Shown here: piece after piece, positions 28,211-38,088 of the stretch
Layout: each line of letters opens with the position of its first letter
Position numbering within the stretch: position 1 is the first letter of the stretch
Assembly (NCBI GenBank): GCA_963677595.1
Contig: OY782041.1
Coordinates: 3,520,001 to 3,584,000, forward strand
DNA from: Spirochaetia bacterium
GTDB lineage: Bacteria > Spirochaetota > Spirochaetia > CAKZLE01
Reading direction: 5' to 3'
DNA length: 64,000 bases
Made by a program: the position numbers and the translations under genes
Notes under the pieces: model-generated
Told to the model about the DNA's origin: nothing
The model's database searches: none
Seen by the model: the letters and a program-made list of their open reading frames with translations, nothing else

Positions 28211-29230
28211 ATGAAGAGAAAAATGTTAGCAGTGTTGGTCATCTTCTGTCTTGCAGGAGCAATGGTATTTGCTGCAGGTCAGTCAGAGAGTGAGGATGTG
28301 AAGCCGATTATCATCAAGGCATCACATTCGGATGCTACAGGACAGATCACGGATCAGAACTTCCAGTTGTTCAAGCAGATCGTGGAAGAGAAATCAGGCG
28401 GGAGACTTGAGGTACAGATCTACCCGTCGAACCAGCTTGGTAGTGAAGAAGAAGTCATCCAAGCCCTTGGCAGGGGTTCCATCGAGATGGGCCATGTGTA
28501 CACAGGTAATATCGTGCCGTTCGCACCATCTCTTGGAGTCCTGCAGCTTCCGTACCTGTTCGGGTCAGGCGATGAGTTTATGAAGACCTATCAGCTGATC
28601 AAGGATGACATCAATGAAGTGCTGATCAAAGAGGCAAACGTACGGGCCCTTGCTTACCATGAACGTGGACCCCGGGTACTCTCAAACTCAAAGAAGCCTG
28701 TGAAGACTATGGAAGACCTCAAGGGACTCAAGATCCGTGTTGGGCAGATCCCCCTTACCATAGACACCTTCAAGGCTTGGGGACTTGACCCAGTACCTAT
28801 GGCATGGTCGGAAGTGTTCCCTGCCCTTCAGCAGAAAGTTATCGACGGTCAGGAGAACCCCTATACCACCTTGTTCCAGCAGAAGTTCTATGAGGTCCAG
28901 AAGTACGTGACTGAGATCACCTATGCACTCTGGACAGGTCCTATCCTGATCTCCGAGACATTCTTCCAGAGCCTGCCGGAAGATCTCCAGCAGATACTTG
29001 TCGAGGCAGGAGATGAGGCCACAAAAGCCCATGCAGAGGCTTTCGCTATCATGGACAAGGAATCACGGGAAGGCTGCTTGGCAAACGGTATGGTGCTTCA
29101 GGGACCTCCGGATGACGTAGAACTCTGGGAAGAGCGTGCACGATCGATCTGGCCGAAATACTACGATCAGGTCGGCGGCGAAGATTGGGTGAATTACGTT
29201 CTCAGCAAAAAAGACGAAGCTACAAAATAA
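28211..29230 (+). CDS. dctP: TRAP transporter solute-binding protein (DctP)
   Basis: YPSNQLG, DLKGLKIRV (conserved carboxylate-binding Arg), IDGQENP. Confidence 0.92.
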   Translation: MKRKMLAVLVIFCLAGAMVFAAGQSESEDVKPIIIKASHSDATGQITDQNFQLFKQIVEEKSGGRLEVQIYPSNQLGSEEEVIQALGRGSIEMGHVYTGNIVPFAPSLGVLQLPYLFGSGDEFMKTYQLIKDDINEVLIKEANVRALAYHERGPRVLSNSKKPVKTMEDLKGLKIRVGQIPLTIDTFKAWGLDPVPMAWSEVFPALQQKVIDGQENPYTTLFQQKFYEVQKYVTEITYALWTGPILISETFFQSLPEDLQQILVEAGDEATKAHAEAFAIMDKESREGCLANGMVLQGPPDDVELWEERARSIWPKYYDQVGGEDWVNYVLSKKDEATK

Positions 29231-29295
29231 AACGAAGCGTAACCCCGCGGGGGCAGGATTCCTGTCCCCGCATCCTTGAGTGAAAAGAGGCAAGT

Positions 29296-29802
29296 ATGGC
29301 AGTTAAGAATGAAAAAGAGAAATACCCGCCAGAAGCGTATCTGGGGGTCTTTCTTTTCAGTGTCCTGGTAGTCCTCCTGACCATGCAGGTTGTATTGAGG
29401 TATGTATTCAATAAGAACCTGTCCTGGTCAGAAGAGTTATCCAGGATGGTGTATGTATGGGGAGTGTATATAAGTTTCTGTGTTGCCGGGGCGACACGAA
29501 AACATATACGTATTACCTTTCTCGTAGATAAGTTCTCGAATAGGGTCAAGAAGGTGATTATGTTCCTTGCGGACCTGGTTTGGATCATATTCAATATGAC
29601 CCTCGTGATACAGGGAGTCTTATACGTATTGAGCATGCGGCAGTATCCCTACATATCTGCGGGACTGGGGATCAACTATATGTATATCTATGCCATCGTC
29701 CCTATCGGGTTTCTCGTATTGACCATTCGTAACATCATGAACATGATCCATCGGTTCAGGGAGGGAGAGATCGTCCTCACTGACATGAGACAGGAATTGT
29801 AG
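29296..29802 (+). CDS. dctQ: TRAP small permease (DctQ)
   Basis: QVVLRY, WSEELSR, HIRI. Confidence 0.9.
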   Translation: MAVKNEKEKYPPEAYLGVFLFSVLVVLLTMQVVLRYVFNKNLSWSEELSRMVYVWGVYISFCVAGATRKHIRITFLVDKFSNRVKKVIMFLADLVWIIFNMTLVIQGVLYVLSMRQYPYISAGLGINYMYIYAIVPIGFLVLTIRNIMNMIHRFREGEIVLTDMRQEL

Positions 29803-29812
29803 GAGGTTCAGC

Positions 29813-31096
29813 ATGGTTGGTATCATACTTCTTCTGTCATTCATAGTCCCGTTGATGTTTGGCGTCCCGCTCGCTGTATCCATGGGGCTGCCGGCATTGC
29901 TCGGCTATGTCTTCAAGGCTATCCCGCTCAGTTACCTGGTCCAGGGTGCATATACGTCGGTTGATGCTTTCACCCTGATCGCCATCCCCATGTTCATCCT
30001 GGCCGGTAACCTGATGATGCATGGAGGACTTACTGAAGGCATCGTAAACTTCTCAAAAGAACTGGTGGGTAAGGCCACTGGCGGGCTCGCTGCGGTAACG
30101 ATCGTCGCCTGCACCTTCTTTGGTGCGATCTCAGGCTCAGGACCGGCGACGACTGCAGCTGTTGGGTCGATCCTGATCCCTGCCCTCATCAAGTCGAATT
30201 ATGACAAACCCTTTGCAGGTTCCATCGCGGCCTGTTCCGGGGGGATCGGGGCGGTAATCCCTCCGAGTATCCTGATGATCATGTATGCGATCACGGCCGA
30301 ACAGTCCCCGACAACCCTGTTCATAGCCGGGATCATTCCAGGGATACTCCTGGGAATCTTCCTGTATGGTGCAGTCTTCATCGTCTCCAAGAAGAGGAAC
30401 TACCAGTCGCAGGCGAACAAGATGAATGTCAAACGTGTCCTGAAGAGTATGTATGAGGCAAAATGGGGACTTCTATCCCCGCTCATCATCTTCGGGTTCA
30501 TCTATACCGGCATAACGACCGTTACGGAAGCTTCAGTCATCCTTGTCGTATATGCCTTTATTATCGGTGTGTTCGTCACCAAGAAATTGAACTTCAGCAA
30601 CATCTTCGACTCCCTCTACGGGATGTTGAAGACCGTCGGTGCGATCTTCTTTATTCTCACAACAGGGATGGCTCTCGGCAGGATCATTGCGATCTACCAG
30701 CTGCCGCAGATCCTGAGTGAAAGCTTATCGGTATTCGGGAATTTTTCCTTCGTCATGATCCTCATCATCGGGGCGATCCTCATCTTTGTGGGGATGTGGA
30801 TGGAATCAAATACGGCAATCATCATCCTGACGCCGCTGTTCTTGCCGCTGATGATGAATGCAGGCTTGCATCCGATACAGTTCGGGGTGATGTTCGTCAT
30901 AGCATGCGAAGTGGGGTTTGAGACTCCACCCATGGGAGCGAACCTCTTTGTGGCAAGTGAGCTGTCAGGAGCTTCGATAGAATCGATCAGTAAAGAAGCG
31001 ATCATCTTTGCCGGGGCTGAGATCATCGTGATGTTCCTGGTTGCATTCATACCTGAACTCTCGTTGTTCCTCCCAAGGGTCATGGGAATGCTGTAA
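29813..31096 (+). CDS. dctM: TRAP large permease (DctM)
   Basis: AIPMFILAG, ISGSGPA, IPPS, TPPMG. Confidence 0.93.
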   Translation: MVGIILLLSFIVPLMFGVPLAVSMGLPALLGYVFKAIPLSYLVQGAYTSVDAFTLIAIPMFILAGNLMMHGGLTEGIVNFSKELVGKATGGLAAVTIVACTFFGAISGSGPATTAAVGSILIPALIKSNYDKPFAGSIAACSGGIGAVIPPSILMIMYAITAEQSPTTLFIAGIIPGILLGIFLYGAVFIVSKKRNYQSQANKMNVKRVLKSMYEAKWGLLSPLIIFGFIYTGITTVTEASVILVVYAFIIGVFVTKKLNFSNIFDSLYGMLKTVGAIFFILTTGMALGRIIAIYQLPQILSESLSVFGNFSFVMILIIGAILIFVGMWMESNTAIIILTPLFLPLMMNAGLHPIQFGVMFVIACEVGFETPPMGANLFVASELSGASIESISKEAIIFAGAEIIVMFLVAFIPELSLFLPRVMGML

Positions 31097-31265
31097 ATAC
31101 ATAAGAGCTGAAACAAGAAATAACCAGAACGTTTCAGGCTAATCGGAAGAGATGCACATACATATTTCCCTTAATGTTTCATTACATTCTCTGTAAAGGA
31201 ATGGAAGGGGGAAAGTAGTGCCCAAAAACCACCTGTTTTGGTGAGAAGTCTAGGAAAGGAACAAT

Positions 31266-32766
31266 ATGGGAAACGGTTATCAATTACGCATGACTGACAT
31301 CACAAAGAGTTTCTATGGAGTTGAAGTCCTCCATCATGTTGATTTACATGTGAGGAAGGGCGAAATTCATGCATTGATTGGAGAGAATGGTGCCGGAAAA
31401 TCTACCTTGATGAAAATTCTCAGTGGAGCGTATCAAAAAGACTCGGGAGAAATTTATCTAGCCGATACTCTTATTGAGGTTGATTCACCAAAGAAAGGTA
31501 TCCAATTGGGAATTGGTATTATTTATCAGGAACTGGAACTTGCTGAAGAACTGACTGTTGCTGAGAACATTTTCCTTGACCAGATTGGTGAAGGATCATT
31601 ATTTGTTAACTGGAAAAAACTTAAGCAGAAAGCCGAGAAAGTGCTGGCCGAACTTGATCTTCATATCGATGTAAATCGGGAAATTAAGCAATACAATATT
31701 GCATATCAGCAGATTGTTGAGATTGCCAAGGCAATCTCAAAAGATATAAAGATTCTTATCTTGGATGAACCAACCTCTTCACTAGCCCCGAAAGAAGTAG
31801 AATTACTTTTCAAAATTCTGGATAAACTTAAAAATAGGGGAGTAAGCATCATTTATATCTCTCACAGGATGGAAGAGATCTTCAGAATCTGTGATTCATT
31901 TACCACCTTGCGGGATGGGAAAGTTACCGGTGAAGGACGAGTGGCTGATTATACAATTGAAAACATAGTTGAGTTGATGATCGGCAGAAGCCTTAATGAG
32001 ATGTTTCCAGAGCGTCTGCAGCATCAAATTGGAAAGGAAATCTTCAGGATAGAAAACTTCAATTCACCAAAGTTCAAGGACATTAATCTAACAGTAAGAG
32101 AAGGTGAGCTCCTGGGTATTTCTGGATTGATAGGCAGCGGACGTACAGAAGTTGCTCGAGCTGTTTTCGGTATAGATAAAAAAAACAACAGGGAACGTCT
32201 ATATTCAGGGGCGGAAAATTGATGTAAAGAACCCAATAAGTGCAATTAAAGAAGGTTTGGGGCTAGTACCGGAAAATCGTAAAGAAGAAGGACTGGTTCT
32301 GGATATGTCGATCAGAGTGAACAGCATGATGACAAACATCCGGAAAGTTCTTGCTGCACTGGGCATGATTCGGACAAAGAAAGAAGCCCGAATTGTAAAT
32401 GATCTTGTGAAAAAATTGTCTGTAAAAACATCTACGATTGAGCTGCCCGTCAAAAATCTTAGCGGTGGGAATCAACAAAAAGTAGTTATAGCCAAATGGC
32501 TGAATCTCGCATTGAAAGTTGTCATTTTTGATGAACCTACCCGGGGTGTCGATGTCGGTGCGAAATATGAAATTTACAAGATAATCAATAGCTTGGTTGA
32601 GCAGGGGGTTGCAGTAATTATTATTTCATCTGAATTACCAGAGATCATAGGAATGTGTGATCGGGTAGTTGTTATGTCAAAAGGGCATATCACTGGTGAA
32701 ATTGATAAAAACAAAGAAAGATTGACAGAAAAGAAATTAATGATGCTGGCCGTCGCGGAGGTATAA
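31266..32766 (+). pseudogene. Sugar ABC ATP-binding protein (RbsA/MglA type), frameshifted
   Basis: GENGAGKS, LDEPT, LSGGNQQK. Removing one A from the A8 run at 32178-32185 fuses ORFs 31266-32222 and 32257-32766. Confidence 0.85.
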
Positions 32767-33741
32767 ATGATTACGAAAAGAGTCCATTCATTCAATAATA
32801 CTAAAATACTTAAAAACATCAAAATCAGTCGTTATATCAATGTATTCATTGTAGTACTGCTTGTGGTGTTCTCAAGCTTCATGTCATCTCACTTTTTAAC
32901 TGTAATGAATATAGCAAACATACTTAGACAGAATGCTGGGATGCTGATGCTGTCAATGGGAATGCTACTGGTTATTCTGTCAGGTGGAATAGATCTCTCT
33001 GTTGGTTCCATGGTAGCTCTCAGCAGTGTTCTCCTTTCAAAAATGTTAGTAGCTGAAATCTCATTATTCATGGCTGTTGTCTTCTTGCTGCTGATTTTTA
33101 TAGGTATTGGTCTCATTGAGGGCTATTTTGTCGCAAAAAGAGGTATCGCTCCATTTATCGTGACTTTGGCTTTTATGACTATTGCACGTGGAGCTGCATT
33201 CTCCCTCTCTGCTGGAGCTGCAATTCAGATTTCAGAAAAGCATCTTCTCTCATTTGGTTCACAATATTTTATGAAGATGCCGTACCCGGTTTGGCTGGCA
33301 TTCGGGATGTTTATTATATTTGCATTCTTTTTGAAATATACGGTGTATGGCCGATATGTAAAGGGTATTGGTAGCAATTTTACTGCTGTTGAGCTATCGG
33401 GAATAAATGTGGACTGGTACAAGTTATCCGTATATATGGTTTCTGCGTCCATGTGTGCAATTGCCGGGATACTTGTGGTTGCCCGTTCAGGGGTTGGAAC
33501 GCCAATCACAGGTGAAGGTCTTGAATTGGATGCTATTGCTGCTGTTGTTATTGGAGGTGCCAGTCTGAAAGGTGGAAAAGGAACTGCCCTGAACACCCTG
33601 ATGGGTATCCTGATACTTGCCCTTCTGGGGAATATCATGAATCTCATGAATATCGCATCGTATCCGCAGCAGATATTGAAAGGGATCATAATTCTTGTAG
33701 CTGTGTTGTTTCAGAAATTTGAGAGTGAGACCGCTTCATAA
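32767..33741 (+). CDS. Sugar ABC permease (RbsC type)
   Basis: GGIDLSVGS, ELDAIAAVVIGGASL. Confidence 0.92.
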   Translation: MITKRVHSFNNTKILKNIKISRYINVFIVVLLVVFSSFMSSHFLTVMNIANILRQNAGMLMLSMGMLLVILSGGIDLSVGSMVALSSVLLSKMLVAEISLFMAVVFLLLIFIGIGLIEGYFVAKRGIAPFIVTLAFMTIARGAAFSLSAGAAIQISEKHLLSFGSQYFMKMPYPVWLAFGMFIIFAFFLKYTVYGRYVKGIGSNFTAVELSGINVDWYKLSVYMVSASMCAIAGILVVARSGVGTPITGEGLELDAIAAVVIGGASLKGGKGTALNTLMGILILALLGNIMNLMNIASYPQQILKGIIILVAVLFQKFESETAS

Positions 33742-33793
33742 CATAGGGTAATAGGCTGATATACAGTCTAAAAAATAATAAGGAGTTAGTAAC

Positions 33794-34804
33794 ATGAGAA
33801 AGATTCTGAAGGTGAAATGGTTAATCATTGGGTTAGTATTAATCAGTCTGGTATTTATCAGTTGTGGTACTGATGAGGAGCAAGGTGCAGTAGCGTCGGC
33901 GGGGACAACAGACCTGTCGAACTTGAAAATTGGATTTTCAATACAAACCTTGAAATCGCCTTATTTCGTTGCTATGGCGGAAGCATTTGAAAAAACTTGT
34001 GAGGATAAGGGCTATGAGTTGATAACCATTGATGCAGAAAATGATCCTGTGAAGCAGGATGCTGACTGTGAAGATCTGGTAGCAAGAGGGGTGGATGTCA
34101 TAGTCATTAACCCAAGGGATTCAAAAGCTGCGGTACAGACCTCAATTAAAGTCATGAATGCTGGGATTCCCCTGTTTGCAGTGGATTCAACCATTGCAGA
34201 TGGTGGTAAGTTTACCGGCGAAATAACTTCTGCAAATGATGAAGATGGGTATCTTGTCGGTAGATGGGTTGCAGAGCAGATGGGCAAGACTTCCTTGAAA
34301 ATAGGTATGCTCAGTGGTAACCCAGGAAATGCTATTGGACTTATCAGAAGGGCAGGTTTGATTAAAGGAATTACTGAATACCAGCTTGAAAAATACAACA
34401 GTACAAACTTTGAGATTGTAACTCAGGGCTGGGGCGGCTGGGATAGCCCCACTGGGGTAGACGCAACAGAAGACATGCTAACAACCGCTCCTGACATGAA
34501 TGTGCTGTTAGCAGAGAATGACAGTATGGCTCTAGGAGCCATGAAAGTGTTCCAGGATTCCGGCAGAACAGATATTCTGATTGCTGCAGCAGCTGATGGT
34601 CAGAAAGAGGCATATGAAGCAATTATGGCAGGAACCTACGGAGCTACTGGTTTGAATGATCCCATTCTGCTGGCAGAATTAACTTTGGAGCAGATTGAGA
34701 AGCATTTGTCAGGAGAACAGATAATACAGTCTCTCGTAACGAAGGCTGCATGTGTGACCAAGGAAAATGCAAAAGAATTTTATAACCCGAATTCTGCATT
34801 CTAA
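33794..34804 (+). CDS. Sugar ABC substrate-binding lipoprotein (RbsB type)
   Basis: FISC lipobox, SPYF, ENDSMALGA. Confidence 0.9.
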   Translation: MRKILKVKWLIIGLVLISLVFISCGTDEEQGAVASAGTTDLSNLKIGFSIQTLKSPYFVAMAEAFEKTCEDKGYELITIDAENDPVKQDADCEDLVARGVDVIVINPRDSKAAVQTSIKVMNAGIPLFAVDSTIADGGKFTGEITSANDEDGYLVGRWVAEQMGKTSLKIGMLSGNPGNAIGLIRRAGLIKGITEYQLEKYNSTNFEIVTQGWGGWDSPTGVDATEDMLTTAPDMNVLLAENDSMALGAMKVFQDSGRTDILIAAAADGQKEAYEAIMAGTYGATGLNDPILLAELTLEQIEKHLSGEQIIQSLVTKAACVTKENAKEFYNPNSAF

Positions 34805-34861
34805 TTAGCATTCAGATGGACTGTTCGCATTAGGCGGACAGTTCCGTCAAGGAGATGAGGA

Positions 34862-35683
34862 ATGTACAATATAACTTTATCATTTATCCCATGTGGGTAT
34901 ATCGAGAATGATGCAGCTTGGACATTTGCAGGTTTTCAATTTGCCACATTGTCAGATAAGAACCGCGAGAGGAACTGGATGCGTTTCCCGATCTTTTGCA
35001 CTCTGATTCATCATCCTGAGATCGGGTACATACTCTATGATGTAGGTCCAGGATTAGGCGATGAAAGTGACAGACGAACCCCTCAGATGAATGATCGATA
35101 TCCCTTGTTTATCGAAAGGCAGGATTTTATTGATGAGGGACTTAAGCGGGCAGGAATTACTGTTGATGATATTGCTATGATTATCCTTTCACATACTCAT
35201 TGGGATCATTATGGTGGTATTGGCTTTTTTAGTGGAACGCAAGCGGCTGAACGGGTTCTCGTACCTAAACTTGATTTTCAAGCAGGTTTATGTGAAACAC
35301 ATGCAAATCCAGATGGTCTTTCAGCTGCATATGTTAAGGATAATTATGAGACACCAGGAATAAATTATAGCCTTATTGATGAAGATATGGAAATAGCCCC
35401 AGGAATACAAATAATTATGCTTGAAGGCCATACTCCAGCACTGGCAGGGCTTTTAGTTGAGACGAATGACAGGAATTTTCTTTTCACGGCAGATTCGGTG
35501 TATACAAGATATAATTACGGTCCACCCATTGTTCAGCCAGGTTTAGTATATGATACGTTGGGTGTTGAGAGGTCAATAAACAAACTGAGAAAGATAGAAA
35601 AGCAGTATAATGCAGAACTAATTTTTCCTCATGATATGGAGATGTTTAATTCCTTGGAGAAATGTCCGTTTTTCTATGGATGA
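34862..35683 (+). CDS. AHL-lactonase-family metallo-beta-lactamase-fold lactonase
   Basis: SHTHWDH, GHTP, ADSVY, FPHD (HxHxDH~H~D~Y~H). Confidence 0.85.
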   Translation: MYNITLSFIPCGYIENDAAWTFAGFQFATLSDKNRERNWMRFPIFCTLIHHPEIGYILYDVGPGLGDESDRRTPQMNDRYPLFIERQDFIDEGLKRAGITVDDIAMIILSHTHWDHYGGIGFFSGTQAAERVLVPKLDFQAGLCETHANPDGLSAAYVKDNYETPGINYSLIDEDMEIAPGIQIIMLEGHTPALAGLLVETNDRNFLFTADSVYTRYNYGPPIVQPGLVYDTLGVERSINKLRKIEKQYNAELIFPHDMEMFNSLEKCPFFYG

Positions 35684-35746
35684 TGCTCATTCATGATACT
35701 ACATGTGTTTAACAAACAGGTACTTTAATATGATATGGAGAATACT

Positions 35747-36763
35747 ATGGAAAGAATCAAAGTAGGAGTAGCAGGATACGGCGTGATCGGGCAGCGACTG
35801 GCAGACGGGGTAGCGGCCCAGGGAGACATGGAGCTCGTAGGTGTTGCTGACATAGCCCCGACGATCTCGGTGCGGGCACTGAAATACCGGGGCATGCCGT
35901 ATAAGATGTTCAACGTGGACCCGAAGAACACCTCTTTAGAAGATGCCGGTATCCCGGTATCAGGGAGCTTCGAGGAACTCGTACAGGAGTGCGACATCAT
36001 GCTCGACAGTTCCCCTGGCGGCATCGGCGCGCGGAACAAGGAGCTGTATGTCAAGCATGGCACCAAGGCCGTGTTCCAGGGCGGCGAGAAGAATGACATC
36101 GCAGACGTCTTCTTCCACGGCTATGCCAACTACGAGCAGGGCATCGGGGCAGACTACCTGAAGCTCACGAGCTGCAATACCACCGGGCTCATCCGTGCGG
36201 TAGACATGCTCGACCGGAGTGTCGGCCTTGAGAAAGTAGCGATCACGATCATCAGGAGGGTGGCAGACCCGGGTGACTACCATCGAGGGCTGACCAATGC
36301 CCTGCAGGTGGAGAAGGCACCGAGCCACCAGGCACTCGACCTGATGACGATCATGCCCCATATCCCGTGTACGGGTATCCTGGTACACACCCCGGTGACC
36401 CACGGCCACATCATCACGGTGACGGCAACACCGAAGAACGGGATCTCGAAGGAAGAGCTGTGGGAGATGGCATCCAACCATCCGCGGATCATGCCGGTGA
36501 GGCTGGCAGACGGGTTCTTAGGCAACGCATCGATGTTCCGCTGGGCACGCGACATCGGGAATGCACGGGGTGACATGTATGAGATCGGGCTGTGGGAAGA
36601 GTCGATCGTGAAGTCAGGGGATGACATCATGTTCGCGATCAACATCCCGCAGGAGTCCGTGGTGATCCCGGAGAACATCGACGGGATCAGGGCAGCGATG
36701 GGAATGCAGGCGACCAGGGAAGAGGGGACTGCAGCAACGAACCAGTACCTGGGCATGAAGTAA
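35747..36763 (+). CDS. Type II (archaeal-type) phosphorylating GAPDH-like dehydrogenase
   Basis: GYGVIGQRLAD, FQGGEK, SCNTTGL, RRVADP, QESVVIPENIDGIRA; alternative start 35735. Confidence 0.9.
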   Translation: MERIKVGVAGYGVIGQRLADGVAAQGDMELVGVADIAPTISVRALKYRGMPYKMFNVDPKNTSLEDAGIPVSGSFEELVQECDIMLDSSPGGIGARNKELYVKHGTKAVFQGGEKNDIADVFFHGYANYEQGIGADYLKLTSCNTTGLIRAVDMLDRSVGLEKVAITIIRRVADPGDYHRGLTNALQVEKAPSHQALDLMTIMPHIPCTGILVHTPVTHGHIITVTATPKNGISKEELWEMASNHPRIMPVRLADGFLGNASMFRWARDIGNARGDMYEIGLWEESIVKSGDDIMFAINIPQESVVIPENIDGIRAAMGMQATREEGTAATNQYLGMK

Positions 36764-36773
36764 GAGAGAACCG

Positions 36774-38030
36774 ATGAAAGAGCATAGGTTAGGGTTCAAG
36801 CCGATGGAGTCCTTTGATGTCTCGGGCAAGCGGGTATTACTGCGGGTGGACATCAACTCACCGATCGACCCGAAGACAAAGGCAATAGTCAACGAGAACC
36901 GGCTGGAGAAGAGCGTGCCGACGGTGAAGTGGCTGCTCGATAACGGAGCGAAGCTTGCGCTCATCGCCCATCAGGGGGATACGCTGGACTACCAGAACCT
37001 GATCCCGCTGGCCGAGCATGCGCAGAAGCTGAGTCAGAAACTCGGCCGGAAGATCCGGTACATCGATGATGTATGCGGTCCGATGGCGCAGAGCGCGGTA
37101 GAGGCACTCGATGAGGGTGAAGCGGTACTGCTGGGGAACCTGCGGTATCTGTGCGAGGAGATCTCGACCTTCGAGGATGCGGTGAAGCTGAAACCGGAAG
37201 AGATGCTCGACACCTGGCTGGTGCGGTCATTGGCCCCGCTGTTCGACCTCTACGTCAATGACGCATTCGCCGCGGCGCACCGGAACTGCCCGAGCATGGT
37301 GGCCTTCCAGGAGCTGCTGCCGAGTGCTGCGGGACCGCTGTTCTTTAACGAGGTATCGGCACTCAACCAGGTGATGACTGCCCCTTCCCCCCCATCGGTG
37401 TTCGTGCTCGGGGGCGCGAAGATCTCGGATGCGTTCGGGATGATGGAGCAGGTGTTATCAAACGGGACAGCAGACGAGATCCTGACCTGCGGGGTGACCG
37501 GACAGGTCTTCCTGCTGGCATCGGGCAGGGACCTCGGCAGGAAGAGTGACGAGTTCATCAAGGCCAAAGGGTTGGAACGATTCGTTGGTGAAGCAGGAGA
37601 ATTGCTCAAGACCTACGGGGCTAAGATCAGGATGCCCGAAGACCTGGCCTATGAGGCAGACGGGAAACGAGCAGAGATCGCCGTAGCTGACCTGCCTGCC
37701 GAACTGCTCTACCTGGACATCGGGGGAAAGACGATAGCGAACTATACCGAGCGGATACTGACAGCCGGGACGGTCTTCGTGAACGGGCCTGCGGGCGTAT
37801 TCGAGGATGAGAAGTTCGAGGTCGGGACGAGAGAGATCTGGCAGGCGATCGCGAAGGCGCCTGGCTACACGGTGATCGGGGGCGGGGATAGCGTGAGCGC
37901 GACCTCGCGGTTCTGTGACCCTGCAGATATGGATTATATCTGCACCGCAGGTGGTGCCATGGTGCGCTACCTGTCAGGGAAGAAGCTGCCGCTTATCTCC
38001 GCGATGGAGAAGGCAGGAAAAGAAGAATAG
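36774..38030 (+). CDS. Phosphoglycerate kinase family protein (divergent)
   Basis: RVDINSP, NDAFAAAHR, LGGAKISD, NGPAGVFE, GGGDS. Confidence 0.9.
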   Translation: MKEHRLGFKPMESFDVSGKRVLLRVDINSPIDPKTKAIVNENRLEKSVPTVKWLLDNGAKLALIAHQGDTLDYQNLIPLAEHAQKLSQKLGRKIRYIDDVCGPMAQSAVEALDEGEAVLLGNLRYLCEEISTFEDAVKLKPEEMLDTWLVRSLAPLFDLYVNDAFAAAHRNCPSMVAFQELLPSAAGPLFFNEVSALNQVMTAPSPPSVFVLGGAKISDAFGMMEQVLSNGTADEILTCGVTGQVFLLASGRDLGRKSDEFIKAKGLERFVGEAGELLKTYGAKIRMPEDLAYEADGKRAEIAVADLPAELLYLDIGGKTIANYTERILTAGTVFVNGPAGVFEDEKFEVGTREIWQAIAKAPGYTVIGGGDSVSATSRFCDPADMDYICTAGGAMVRYLSGKKLPLISAMEKAGKEE

Positions 38031-38048
38031 ATACAATAAAACCGCCTG

Positions 38049-38083
38049 CGGGCTGTTTCCTGAGTATCGGGAGGCAGCCCGCT
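38049..38083. terminator. Hairpin between convergent genes (bidirectional terminator candidate)
   Basis: GCGGGCTGTTTCCTGA-gta-TCGGGAGGCAGCCCGC. Confidence 0.65.
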
Positions 38084-38088
38084 TTATG

